Below are positions 50,376-62,900 of a DNA stretch of 64,000 nucleotides, in pieces (the first letter of the stretch is position 1; every line of letters starts with the position of its first letter). The position numbers and the translations under genes were made by a program. The notes beneath the pieces were generated by a model, which searched no databases, was not told where the DNA came from, and was given only the letters and a program-made list of their open reading frames with translations. Source of the DNA: a virus (lineage: Duplodnaviria; Caudoviricetes); the IMG/VR virus record IMGVR_UViG_3300011008_000049, positions 64,001 to 128,000 of that record. The stretch is one strand, 5' to 3'.

Positions 50376-51881
50376 TTATGTGTATGTGCCATCCATTACA
50401 CCTTTAATATAATTCATTAGTGTAATATCAGAACTACCTATTCGTATCTTAACACTATCCATAAAAATGGCTGGTAAAGCAACTTCAAGTGAATTTGATT
50501 CCGCAATTTTTCCGATACCAAGACCTTGACCACCTGCTCTAAAATCCATCAAAACAGCAACGGTTGAAACAAATTCTTCTTCTTGAACTTTATTTCCGAG
50601 AGCATCCGTAACCTCAACCTTGAAATTGTAAGAATAAGCATCATTAAATGTAACTCCGCTTAAAGTAAGGTTTGTATTCCTTGATGATGTAATATCGCCA
50701 TAATTAGTCCAAGATGAAGCCGTTGACCTCTTATAATAGAGTTTCGCCGTTGCGCTATTTTTGCTGTTTACACTTGCGTAACTCCAATTTGCTTTAACTA
50801 CTACCTGTTGCGAATTTGAAGAACTTCGTGCAGCAGTAAAAGAGGATATACTTGGCTTTGAATAAGCATAATATGTAACTGCGGACGATGTAACACCTGC
50901 GGACTCTCTACTACGGCTATCTTTTGCTTTTACTGTAAATGTTTTACTTCCGGAAGTTGTAATAACACCACCAGTGTATGAAAGTGAAGTTCCATCCTGT
51001 GTTGTACTATAACCGCCAGAAATCGTAAAACTCTTAATTGTAGAACTTTGCGCTCCACTTGCGCTTGCAGTCACTTTAACTTTTGTATATCCAGCGACAG
51101 CAACGCCCCAACCATTTATTGTTGTATTAGAATTAACTAACGAAACGGAAACCGAACTAACAGTGGGAATTACAGTTGATGGAACGGTTACGGTAAATGT
51201 TTTGCTCGCGGTAGAACCAACTTGTGTTGTTCCATTATAAGTGTACAAATATGCAGTCATAGTTCCGGTTGTAGCATTAGTAATTTGTGCAGATACACTT
51301 ACTGGTATAGTATAACCAGTATATGTATAAGAAGTTGTTTTATTTGGACTTATATAATCCGTTGTATAACTCCAACTTCCAAGTGCAAGTTTAACCTTGT
51401 ATTTGAAAGATGATGATGCAGGTGTCCATGAAACACTACAAGCATTTCCAAGTGTTACATTTGATGCACTCGTAATACTTGAAGCACGAGCAATAGTATT
51501 TAATGTTACTGTCGTGCTTCCAGTTATATTTCCATGATAAGTTCCGGAAATGGTTGCATTCATAGCAAAACTTACAGACATACTTATAGATTTTGTTCCA
51601 TCATTATTGTGACTAATCGCATTTGATGTAATTGTTGCTAATGTATGAGTACCAGTGGTGTTGATTGCACTTGTAGAAAAATTATATGTTGTACCATTTA
51701 TCACAATCCAATTTTGTGATGCCGACCTTCCACTAATACTTAATGACCAATCGTTTATTAAATAAATGGTTGCTGTTATAGTTGATGTATTGTTCGCAAC
51801 AGATTGAGAAGCAGACCAATTTACCTGAACTTTATAATGTCCATCGTGAACACTGCCACTAAAAGAACCAGAATTAGCCAT
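50376..51881 (-). CDS. Siphovirus minor structural protein (DUF859-like)
   Basis: QSVANNTS..HNNDGTK..TIARAS; C-terminal GLGIGKIAE. Confidence 0.75.
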   Translation of the reverse strand: MANSGSFSGSVHDGHYKVQVNWSASQSVANNTSTITATIYLINDWSLSISGRSASQNWIVINGTTYNFSTSAINTTGTHTLATITSNAISHNNDGTKSISMSVSFAMNATISGTYHGNITGSTTVTLNTIARASSITSASNVTLGNACSVSWTPASSSFKYKVKLALGSWSYTTDYISPNKTTSYTYTGYTIPVSVSAQITNATTGTMTAYLYTYNGTTQVGSTASKTFTVTVPSTVIPTVSSVSVSLVNSNTTINGWGVAVAGYTKVKVTASASGAQSSTIKSFTISGGYSTTQDGTSLSYTGGVITTSGSKTFTVKAKDSRSRESAGVTSSAVTYYAYSKPSISSFTAARSSSNSQQVVVKANWSYASVNSKNSATAKLYYKRSTASSWTNYGDITSSRNTNLTLSGVTFNDAYSYNFKVEVTDALGNKVQEEEFVSTVAVLMDFRAGGQGLGIGKIAESNSLEVALPAIFMDSVKIRIGSSDITLMNYIKGVMDGTYT

Positions 51882-51989
51882 ATGCAACCACCTCCTTGTA
51901 TTAACCTTCCTTTTAACTTCTAATAATTATGACATATCTTCAAGTATCAGAAATATATTAACAAACTTTATTCGTTATAATCAAAACAA

Positions 51990-54900
51990 TTAATCTCCTT
52001 GCCATGTTAATGAAACTCCGCCATCAGTTCTTGGAGAAAAATAGAATTTTCCAAGAGTTAATATTTTTTCGATAACCGCATTTGGAATATATAATTGGCT
52101 ATTGCTGATGTAAGCTGCAACTGTATTCCCATCCCAAAATGCCATTCTCATATTATCAATAACAGTTCTAAATGTACTTCCTGTTGCACCAAGGGTTAAT
52201 CCATTTTCGCTATCAAAAGTCATATATTGTGAGACTTCTGCTTGATACTTATTCAACATATATTGAGTATAAGCAACAGAATTATTGTATTGAGCATCAA
52301 TTTTGCTATATAATCCACTAACCGTTGATTCTTGCATTATCGGATTTCCGTTTGCATCGAACTGAATATCGCCATTTGAATCGGTTACAAACACCATAAC
52401 ATTTTCGTCATTTGTGTTTAATACACGATAAATAGAACTATTTATTTCGCCAGTAAATCTATTAACATCCGTTAATTCATCCAATGTTGAAATTCCATTA
52501 TCGGCAGAAGTATTAATATTAATAGAGCCATTAAGAACAAGATTTCCATTTGAATCAATATACATTATTTGTGTAATATACTCATTATCCTCACCATCAA
52601 GGGACTTTCTCTGAATTGTAAAAGCCATTTGGTTTTCGCCAGTATGCGTGTTATCTGTTGTTATAATCAAGCCATTTTCTCCGAGTACAATACTATTTTT
52701 CATATTGTAAACTCCGACCTTTTCAGACAACACAAGATTACCAACAAGAGTATCAGCAATAACGCCATATGCTTCTTCCATATCTCCGGTTTCCGGATTA
52801 TAAAAAGCAAAATTACCGATGCCAGCCCTTGAAGTAAGCCAATTATCATCGGTAAGATATAATCCTTTATTTATGATTTTTAATTGCTTATCATCGTAAC
52901 TATCTGTAATTGGCAGATATTCCGTGCAAAGTATTCCGTGAGAATCCCAAGTAATATTCTGATTATCGGCATTGTCGATAATCTTCATTTTAGTAAGCGC
53001 AAGACCTTTATCAACCCAAGCGTTAAGTCTATCATTGCTCTTTTTACCTTTGTCTGCTTGTCTTGAAATAGAGCCGTAAGAAGAAGCCATAGTTTTTGCT
53101 TGTTCCTGAATACTTGCAACATCGGTTATTCCGTCTTTTATGATTTTAACATCCGAGAATGTCACAGAGAGATTATTTAGGTTATCAAAATCTATGCTAT
53201 ACTCTATAAGCCGCAACATATAAACTTGATTATCTACTCTGATTCTCAACCAATTTCCGACCTCGAAATAATCAACCAATGGAGCAAATTCCTGCATTAC
53301 AAGAAGATTTTTCAAACTTGAAGAAATCGAATGCTGCATTGTAGCAGACTTATAAATATCTTTCTTCGCAACTTCAACAAACTTCAAGGCATTATCAAAC
53401 AACTCCGCATTATCCAATCCGTCAGAGATATAGTTTCCATTGCTATATGTATCTTCTCTACGATAAGCAACAAATTCGAGCCAAAGTTCATCTCCAAGAT
53501 ATTTCTCAAAATTCAAAGTATCTTGAATAGCCTCTTGTTCCGCAAGAAGAATTGTTTGAATACCATCTGTTGCCAAATCGCCATCAGAATCATATGTGCC
53601 GGTCAAAACAGCAATTTCCTGTTCTCTAACTTTAATTTCGTCAGTTATTAAACCGAGTTTAGTATAATATGGAGTATATAAATCTCTATATAAATCTGGA
53701 TTCTGATTAGCCCAAGTTTCTCTGTCAGCAATTCCTTGTTCAATGAGTATATCAATACAACTTTGACAACATTCCTGGAAAGTATTTAATCTTGATAAGC
53801 AATATCTTCTCAATTCGATAGTAAAATCGGCAGCATTCAATTTGAATAAGCCAACAATATCAGTCACTTCCTCTGACTGTTTACTCAAAATCTTATCAAT
53901 CTTTTGCTTAACAAATTTTTCATAGTCATCTGTTATTGAAACATAAACCGAACCTGTATTATAAGTATCTTCTTCGTCAGAATAGTTTGTAACAGTGAAA
54001 ATACCAATCCAAGTAGTTTCGTCAAGCAAACTCTCTTTGACCTTTACTTGATACCTGCTATCAACAATGGTTTTCGCCATTTGCAAAACGGCATTTGTAG
54101 CGGTTGCCAGAGAGAATCTTGTTATATCTTGAACAGCGACAGGAGAGAGGTTTAATGTATTGAGCTTTGCAGCTTCCAATCCTGCGGTTGTTCTTGATAT
54201 TTCAACGCTCGGCATTAAGGTATCATTTAATAACAAATAGAAATCAATTGTGTTATAGTATTCTTTCATCAAGTTTGGATAACCTACAATTGATGCTGGC
54301 ATATGAGAATAACCAGTTACCATTTCGCTATATTTATCTATCAAATCGTTATAATCTGACAGCAAATCAGTATCTACTGATATTGTGTATTCGCTCTGAT
54401 AATAGTTATATTCTTCGTCATATTCGTTCAACTTTGTGACGAGGGCAGTAGTCATATCACTTTTAACTTCATCAGAAACATACCAAATATACGGAGAACC
54501 GTTTGGATTGCAGTTCGCTATCGTTGCTGTCATTAAATCATCTCCGGCTTCTAACTTAAAACAATTCTTTACAGAGCCGGTATCTGTTGTAAAGGTTATG
54601 TCATTAGCAAGATTCTCGCTTGAAACAAAAATGGTTGTATCTTCACCATAACCAGTTAAAATATTGTCACTATGACATTCCTCACAAACTTCCGAAAATT
54701 CTCCACGATGTCCGCAATCAAGACAATTAGATTCAAGGTCATATGCACTTATTTCTCTTACAATGTTTCCGTTTTCGTCTGAATAACACTTAATAACAAA
54801 CAGGCAATTTATTTCTTCTGCTATTTCCTGCAAAGAGTCATAAATGCTCTTATTATCGAATGTAAATGTTCGTTGAATATTCGCTATTGTAAAATCAACA

Positions 54901-55760
54901 TGAGAAATAATATAATGTGGCGCTTTTTCTAAAATTCTATTAAGCAATGATGCCTTGGGATTGTTCTCATTAAACAAAACAGTTGGCACATAATCTTCGC
55001 GCTCAATGTCTGTTTCGGTATTTACTTCATAATTGTAAAGATTGATTTGCGACAATTCCGCCTCACCAAGAGATGTTGCAGATACGGTCTTTGTAATTGC
55101 TCCGTTTTCTGCGGTATCAACCTTTAATTCAAACCAAGTATTCCATTCACGAACCCATGCCAACTTGAAATCTTTTATTTGTTCCCACAATTTATTTGAA
55201 ACAACAGAAGCGGGAACATCGAATGAAAATGCGACCTTAATATAATCTCCGGAAGAATGACCGAAACTTGCGGCATTATACAAATACACATATCCGCTGT
55301 TTGTAATAGTAATGATTGTATTATCAGAAGAATCTGCAACAACCAAATTATAATCGGATATGCTTAATTTCAAATCCTTATATTTAACCTCATTATTATC
55401 CTTTCTGATTTTCAATACAGGATTTGTAATTCTTTCTGCATTTTCAAAATATCGTGTCAATTCATATACTTTGTTTTCTGATACTTCACCTAATCTATAA
55501 GAAGTATTAGGATTATTAACTTCACTATAAAAGTCGAAGGCAGACACATGAACGGTTTCTCCGGTGGTTTCATTATCTGAAACATCGACCTTGTTCACGT
55601 CAAAACGAGCGGTTGAAGCGGAGTTCAAAGCATCTTTGAATTGTAAATTGTTTATTGGCAGTTTGCCAAGTAATCTACCTTTTCTCGTTGCCAAAACAAA
55701 GGTAGGCTGTTCTGCGTTATGAGCAGAATCAAATTTTATTCTAACCGCCAAACCGTCCAC
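51990..55760 (-). CDS. Tail-tip/Tal-like protein
   Basis: 1256 aa directly after the Dit-like gene; YGVIADTLVG motif. Confidence 0.7.
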   Translation of the reverse strand: MDGLAVRIKFDSAHNAEQPTFVLATRKGRLLGKLPINNLQFKDALNSASTARFDVNKVDVSDNETTGETVHVSAFDFYSEVNNPNTSYRLGEVSENKVYELTRYFENAERITNPVLKIRKDNNEVKYKDLKLSISDYNLVVADSSDNTIITITNSGYVYLYNAASFGHSSGDYIKVAFSFDVPASVVSNKLWEQIKDFKLAWVREWNTWFELKVDTAENGAITKTVSATSLGEAELSQINLYNYEVNTETDIEREDYVPTVLFNENNPKASLLNRILEKAPHYIISHVDFTIANIQRTFTFDNKSIYDSLQEIAEEINCLFVIKCYSDENGNIVREISAYDLESNCLDCGHRGEFSEVCEECHSDNILTGYGEDTTIFVSSENLANDITFTTDTGSVKNCFKLEAGDDLMTATIANCNPNGSPYIWYVSDEVKSDMTTALVTKLNEYDEEYNYYQSEYTISVDTDLLSDYNDLIDKYSEMVTGYSHMPASIVGYPNLMKEYYNTIDFYLLLNDTLMPSVEISRTTAGLEAAKLNTLNLSPVAVQDITRFSLATATNAVLQMAKTIVDSRYQVKVKESLLDETTWIGIFTVTNYSDEEDTYNTGSVYVSITDDYEKFVKQKIDKILSKQSEEVTDIVGLFKLNAADFTIELRRYCLSRLNTFQECCQSCIDILIEQGIADRETWANQNPDLYRDLYTPYYTKLGLITDEIKVREQEIAVLTGTYDSDGDLATDGIQTILLAEQEAIQDTLNFEKYLGDELWLEFVAYRREDTYSNGNYISDGLDNAELFDNALKFVEVAKKDIYKSATMQHSISSSLKNLLVMQEFAPLVDYFEVGNWLRIRVDNQVYMLRLIEYSIDFDNLNNLSVTFSDVKIIKDGITDVASIQEQAKTMASSYGSISRQADKGKKSNDRLNAWVDKGLALTKMKIIDNADNQNITWDSHGILCTEYLPITDSYDDKQLKIINKGLYLTDDNWLTSRAGIGNFAFYNPETGDMEEAYGVIADTLVGNLVLSEKVGVYNMKNSIVLGENGLIITTDNTHTGENQMAFTIQRKSLDGEDNEYITQIMYIDSNGNLVLNGSININTSADNGISTLDELTDVNRFTGEINSSIYRVLNTNDENVMVFVTDSNGDIQFDANGNPIMQESTVSGLYSKIDAQYNNSVAYTQYMLNKYQAEVSQYMTFDSENGLTLGATGSTFRTVIDNMRMAFWDGNTVAAYISNSQLYIPNAVIEKILTLGKFYFSPRTDGGVSLTWQGD

Positions 55761-55769
55761 CTCCTCTCG

Positions 55770-56594
55770 TTATGGCGTGTCTTTAATAATAGGAGAGTAT
55801 GTAATTACGATTGAGCAAGGTTTTGAAACAGAGATTCTGTTATTTCTGTTATCAATCGTATTACCAATTTTGAAAAACTCCCAATTGAAGTCATTACAAA
55901 TATCATGGCTGTCATAAGAAGTAGAGATTATCTGCTCATTGCCTTTAATCGTTATAACTTCACCGACAGAACAATTTTTAATCAATGTTGTGCAGTTTTC
56001 AAGTTCATTATAGATTGATAAATCTCCTGCCTGATTACAAGTAATTGTCATGTCCGGATATACATATCCGATTTCATCAGACATATCACTCAATATTTTA
56101 GAAACCGACACATCAGAAAAATTCCAAGAGGTAGTTAATTCCTGACCATATCCAAATGGTTTGTCGCTTTCCAGTGTCAACCTTAATCCATATAACCTTT
56201 CTGCGATTTTTACTTTTTCAACATTAAAACTTACATTAAAATAACAGGTGTCTCTTTCCTTATCGTCCTCATCAAACGCTTGAAATTTCAAAAACTCTCT
56301 ACGGTTAAGCCAACGCATTAAATCTCTATACTCATCATTGCTTATCTGTCTTTCCTCATAATCATAAAGTTCGGGGTTTTTGCAAATGTCGAATGTCGTT
56401 GTAACACACTCATCATACTTCGCATTAGTTAAACTAAACTTTTTACCCCTGTTTCGAGAAACTTTTTCAAATGTAATCTTTGAACCTGCATCGGCTACAT
56501 TCGCTCCCGTAGAAAAATCAAAATGACATATGATAAATCCATAATCCGAAAGATATTGACCATCATATTCAAAATCTATGGCATACACTTGCAA
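55770..56594 (-). CDS. Distal tail protein (Dit-like)
   Basis: FEYDGQYLSDYG..WLNR..ESDKPFGY; follows the tape measure gene. Confidence 0.7.
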   Translation of the reverse strand: MQVYAIDFEYDGQYLSDYGFIICHFDFSTGANVADAGSKITFEKVSRNRGKKFSLTNAKYDECVTTTFDICKNPELYDYEERQISNDEYRDLMRWLNRREFLKFQAFDEDDKERDTCYFNVSFNVEKVKIAERLYGLRLTLESDKPFGYGQELTTSWNFSDVSVSKILSDMSDEIGYVYPDMTITCNQAGDLSIYNELENCTTLIKNCSVGEVITIKGNEQIISTSYDSHDICNDFNWEFFKIGNTIDNRNNRISVSKPCSIVITYSPIIKDTP

Positions 56595-56608
56595 AAGCCT
56601 CCTTTCGA

Positions 56609-56929
56609 TTATTTTTGCCGTTTAATTCTTTTGATTTCTTTACACATTGCTTTTGTATATTTTTCTCTCAAATCTTTAACCTGTAATAATGCCGTATTAT
56701 ACTCTTTTTGTGTATCTCTTAATTGAGCAATAGTCTCATTAAATGTTCTTTGCGCTTTTTCTAATTCTTTTTCCTTTTCATCAAGCGCATTTTCCCTTGA
56801 TAAAATTGCCGTTTTATTCATTTCAATTTGAGATTCGAGAGCCGAATTTTCTTCTTCCAACTCCTTAATCCTTTTTTCTAAATCAGCGATTCTTTTACGC
56901 TGAAATTCAATCTTTCTTTCATTTCGCAT
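56609..56929 (-). CDS. Coiled-coil protein
   Basis: Heptad-rich 106 aa; GGAGG SD. Confidence 0.55.
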   Translation of the reverse strand: MRNERKIEFQRKRIADLEKRIKELEEENSALESQIEMNKTAILSRENALDEKEKELEKAQRTFNETIAQLRDTQKEYNTALLQVKDLREKYTKAMCKEIKRIKRQK

Positions 56930-56950
56930 ATTTGCCTCCGTTATATAGAA

Positions 56951-56978
56951 AGGAGAGGTGGTATTTCACACCTCTCCT
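56951..56978 (-). terminator. Hairpin after the tape measure gene
   Basis: AGGAGAGGTG/CACCTCTCCT 10-bp stem. Confidence 0.55.
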
Positions 56979-56988
56979 GACTGATTTA

Positions 56989-59900
56989 TTACCAACGATA
57001 TTTATACTTTTCAAGAGAACTCTTTCCGGCAATTCTATCAACAGTCATTGACAAAATCATCTTTTCAAATTGGTCATCCCTTTGAAGCTGTCTTACAAAA
57101 TCATTGTAATCCTCGACCTTTTCAATCGGAATGTTAATCTCAAAGTCACCGAATGTTGTTCCCATATTTCCGTTGGATGTTCTCATGGTAGCAAGAATAC
57201 CAGAAATATCAGATATTCCTTTCAAACTTGGAGTAGAACCGAAGTTATAAGAACCACCAAGAGTAATTGCCTGTGCAGACATAGCACGAAGAATATCTCT
57301 TAATGCAATGAAATTTTCAGTATCTTCCGAATTAAGAACCAATTCAGGCTTATTCGGTGTACCGTCAAGTTGAGCAAGACCAGTATAGTCAACAAGACCG
57401 CCCAACTTAAATTTCTTTATGCTATATGGAGATAAATCTTTTATGCCGTAATATCTACCAACCCACGCGCCGGAATTGACATATCCCTCTTTAATCAGTT
57501 TATTGACAATTCCTTGAACCGTATTATAATCAAATCCTTTGGCTTGTAAATTCTTCTTCCTCGTATCGCCAGTACCCCAACCGTAATTACCATTGATTAT
57601 TGCAAGTGCAACACCATAGTTTTCTTTATCGGTTCTTTTTGGAGCAGAAGATGAACTTGAACTTGAAGAACTCGGCTTGCTCGGAGTAGAAGAAGATGAT
57701 GACGGTTTGGACGGAGTTGTAGTTGAAGTAGCACTGCTCGTTGTACTTGTTGCTTCCTTATCGCTTGCAGCAACCATAGAAGCCACATTTGTTTGAATAG
57801 AATCAAGTACAGCCTTAACAGCGGTATTCTGTTCATCGAATTTATCTCCGTATTTCTGAATAGTACCATCAAGTGCGCCTGTCGAGCCATCCCAAATTGC
57901 TTGCATTTGCGGAGTTAAAGTATATCCGACATCTGCTGCTATATTTCCAAGAGTGGTGTTTATCGTATCGGAATTTGCATTTACAGTATCAATCATGTCG
58001 CCAATTAAAGCATTAACATCATCGAGTCTCTGATTAAGGATTTCCTCATATTCAGTATAAAGTTCATCAAGTAACTTCTTTTGGTCACTGATAAATTGCT
58101 CATATTCTGTTTTAGCTAAATCCTCTTGGGCTTTCGACAAATCAACCTGCAACTTCTGAACCGTTGCTCTTGTTTCTTCCGAAGTATCGCCGGAATATGC
58201 CGATAATTGTTTTTGTAAAGAAGCAATTTCTTTTGATTTATCAGCAACTTTACTTTGATAATCATATAAACTCTTTGCATTATCAAGAGATTCTTTATAG
58301 GCATCAATAAGTTCCTTCAATGCAGAAAGTTCAATCTCAATACCATTTCTAACCATATCAACAATGGCTTGTTTTTCATCCTCTGCTGATTTGATTGAAT
58401 CTTGCTGTAATCCGAGAAGTTCTTCTCTGCGGGCAATAAGGTCAGTATTATATGGGTCGTTTGCAATCTCTTTATCCAATTTCAGAATTTCTTGCGCATA
58501 CTTGTCTGCTTGCGACATATACACATTATAGTTTGCCGCGTGCAATCCCATTGTTGCAAGACCATTATTACTCAATTGACCTCTATCATCATAAAGGTCA
58601 GAATTGCTCATAAGGTCAATTAAGAAATCTGCTTCTTTTGTGATTTGAGAAATCCTGTCTTGAACATAATCGAAACGCTCCCAATTGATTTCTCTCATGG
58701 TCTTTTCGTATTCGACAAGTTGAACATTTGCTTCGGCAATACTTTCTTTGACCTCATTGATTGCCTGTTGCATTTCATACCACGCTTCGCTTCCTTCTTC
58801 AATTTCTCCGGAAGCCATTGCCTCCGAGAATTTTTGTTCAAGGGAAGAAAGTTCTTTATTCATAACAGAAATGTTTTGCTTTGTAACTTTCTGCAAAGCC
58901 TTGTAGTATTCCGTGCTTGCCATATAACCTTTGGCTTCGAGCATATCTATGCCTGTGTTATATGTATTAGTCAAATGCTCCAACAAAGATAATTGATTGT
59001 CAAAATCATCTTTAACATTATTAAAATTATCTTCATAAAGGCTTGCAAGGTTTTCATGGAGTTCCTGAATAGCATCAGCGCAATCAAGAGCCTTTTCATA
59101 CCAGTCTTGATAATCGCTTATAAGTTCAGCAGTTTCAGAATCATATTCAGAAATATCAATCGTTCCATCTTGAACCTTTTTGGCTAAATCAGAAGAAAGC
59201 CCAACAGAATTTGCTTGCTGCATATAGCGGTCATGCGCCTTTTGCTGCAAAGACAACTCTTGATTAACTTTTGTTATTTCATCATATGTAGCGCCAAGTC
59301 TCTTTTTAAGAGATTTATATGTACTTTCCGCCGTGGTTTTAAGCCTATCAATTGCACGTTCAATTCTATTGATTGCAACTTCAATCCAGTCAATAACTTT
59401 TGGTTCATCTTCTTTTGAACTATCGGACGAACCACCACTTGATGAGCCTCCGGATGAACCACCGCTCGGAGTTGTAATAACTGAACCGCTTCCTGTAATT
59501 CTTCCAGAACCTCCGGAGAATGCAGTACCTTGTGCATATGTTACGCCACGTTTCTTTCCATTAGCAATTTTGCCATTAGCAAGAATTTGTCTTGTCTGTT
59601 CTGCGTTAAAGATAATATCGTCTTTCTTATATTGGAACATTTCTGCTCCGTTGTCTCCAACAGTAAAGAATTTACCATCTCTAACAACAAGTTCTTGACC
59701 AACTTCCCCGCCTAATGCAATTCCACTATTACGAGTACCCCAATAACCACTTGAAAAAGCAGTCCCTTGCGCACGTCCACCACCAGACCAATTGATTGTT
59801 CCAGAAGCCGTAAAATGAGTTTTAACATTATATGTATTGTTATACCATTTTACTTCTCCGCGTGCAGTGTGAGATTGATTAATCCATGAAGTAACTTTAT

Positions 59901-62900
59901 CAATATTATTATCCCAAATTACAGTACCATCGGCTGTGTGTTCTTCTGCTTGATAACCCTCAATAAGAGATGCATCAAGTCCGGCTTTTACCATAAGTTC
60001 AGGAGTTATACTGTTTATGGATTCATTTAATGTGTCAACGGATGTGGCATCAATTCCAAGAGTAGCAAGTATTTCGGCATCCAACCCGGAAATTTCGGTA
60101 AGCAAACCATCACAAGCTGTTTTTGCCTCTGTTGTATCTGCACCAATAGCAGTTTGAACTTCAAGATTGTTATATGATGATTTGAATTCCTGCAACTTAC
60201 TAATGATGTTTGTAATATCATTATCGGCATTTGACGTATCTACTTTCAAAATTGCAGCATCATCAAGAGACTGTTTTCTATAAATAAGTCTTTCAATAAT
60301 AGCAATAGCATTTTCAACGTCATCTTCGTTGTATTTAACGTTTAACTCACCGTTGTCATCATATAAACTATCAAGTAAATCTTTTGCTTGACCAATTTGC
60401 TCATTTAGACTATCTAAATCTTCTGTGCCAAAATTGAAAACAATATCAGTAGCACCAATTTTAATTAATGCTTCATTTGCTTCCTCTGCGCGACTCTGAA
60501 GGTGGTCTAATTGACTGAAAATAGAATCAAGGTTAATGTCAAATCCATAATCAGACAATTTTCTCATAATCGCCTGAACAGATTCAACGTTTATTCCAAG
60601 GGCATCGGCTATTTCTTGGTCGTTGCCAACACCAAAATTAATCTCCCATGAACCATCCTCATTCATGTGCGCCCATTCAGAATTCAAGTTCTGAACATCA
60701 TGTAAGAAATTCAAACAACCATCAGAACTATCCTGGAAGTAACGAGTCATTAAACCATAACCGCTCTGGTATGCCGCTAATAATTCATCAATGTTTGCAG
60801 TTGATAAATCTTCATTGCTCATTAACTGAACGGCTGCTCTAAACTCATTAGTACCTATAAGACCTTCATCATAAAGTTCTTTGATATGTTCGAGTCCATC
60901 GGCAAGGCTGTCATACATATCACCTTCTTCACCAATGCTTTGGGCTTCTTCCCAACGCTTAAATGCGGAAGTTAAACCATCATACATTGATGCAAGTTCT
61001 GCGGTATCATTGATTTGGTCAAGAATATCTGAACGTTTCTTATATAATTCAGCACGAGAAGCCTCATCACTTGCTCCCTCGATTTGCTTTGTCAAATCAT
61101 TATATTGTTCAATAAGGTCATCAAGTGTATTTTTTATGTTGGCTTTTTCTTGCTTTTCGTAAGCAGCTTCAAGTTCTCTTAACGCTTTTGTATTAAGGTG
61201 AATACCGTTTGCTGTCTTTTCAAATAAAGTGGCTGCATCATAGTTTTCGAGGTCTTGATAGCGTGATTTAAGGTTTTTAATTGATTCTGCGGTTAAACCA
61301 GTAGAAGATACAGATTCCTTCATTGCGGAATAGAGTTTATCCATTCCATCTGTTTCTGCCTCTATATCAATTGCAAATTGAGTATTACCAACGACTTTGC
61401 CAAGTTCTAAAACAGCATCTTGGAAATTTTTAAGTGCGGTAACATCTTCATCAGTTTCCATATGACCGAATTGAGAAGCAAATGATGAAGCCATATCATT
61501 ATTCATACTTGATAACAATGATACTATTCCACTTTCTAAATTGTCGGCTTCACTTGCTAATTGTGGAAATACCTTTACGAGTTCAACAAAATCCTCGTTA
61601 CTAAAATCGCCTTTCTTTAACTTGTTTAGCGCATCTTGCAATTTACCAACATTATCAATATAATTATCAACAGAATCGGAAAATGTTTCATTATCTAATA
61701 AATCTGAAAAATTAAACTTAACTTGTGTATTTTCTACTTCTCCCTGTGCTTCTTCAACTGTTCCTCTAATATCATTGACCAAAGCATCAACAGAATCATA
61801 TTCATTTGTAAAAGATAATTGATATGCAAGATTTAATTCGTCATCTGTCAATTTATATGATTTTAGTGCATCGAAAACTAACGAAATGCCATTATCAACA
61901 TCTGGGTATATGCTTTCTGCAATCTTACTTGACAAAGATGCTAATTTTTCTTTTTCTGTTGATACAACATAATTATTATAATCATCTACCATATTACGGA
62001 GATAAGAATATAAATCATCTACATTATCAAATTGGTCATAAAAATTAGCATCAAATGTATCAATAATGGCTTTAATTTGCTTTTGAATTTCAGGCGTAAG
62101 ATTTTTATAATTATCACTTAAAAATAAATTGCTCAAATAAGCATCTACAACTGGTTTAAGGTCTGACATGGCATCATTCATTTGAGATTTGAAATCTGTT
62201 ACAATAGCTTGAACAACACCACGATTTTCTTGAATAGACCTTTTAATATAATCAAAACCACTTTCCCATGAGTCTTGCTCTAATCCAGCTTCACGAAGTG
62301 CATTAACAATCTGAACCATATAAGTAGTTCCGGTTGACGCATATTGTTGTATTGCAGCATCAAGGTCATTTGATTTAAGAATTTTTTCAAGATGATTAAT
62401 TGTTCCAGTAGTCATCTCATTACCCTTAAAGTTTGATTCTTTAAGGTCTTTCGCTTTATCCTTGAAATCTTCAAATAATGTTTTACCTTGAACCAAAACA
62501 GCACTATTGGCTGCCGCAACCATATCATTATATGCCTGCGTTAATTCTTCAACATTGCCTTTTACGGTTAATATAGCATTTCCTTGGTTGTCATATCCCT
62601 TTATTAATGATGGGAACATTTCTGCAATTTGATTACAAATATCTAAATATTCTTCATATTCATCATTTGAAAGAGATACTTCGCCAGTTGTTCTATTAAC
62701 ACCTTTTGACAATTCCTCAAATCTCGGAGCAATATCATCAAGTTTATCTTTTGTTTCATTTAATTTATCAACATTTCCTTGATAAGCCTGTGCAGCATCT
62801 CTCGCAGCTTGAAGCGCTTCTTCTTTTGCTTGCTTAATAGCAGATACAATTCGTGATATAAGTGTTATAGCAGTTAAAGCAACTGTAATAATTGCCGTAA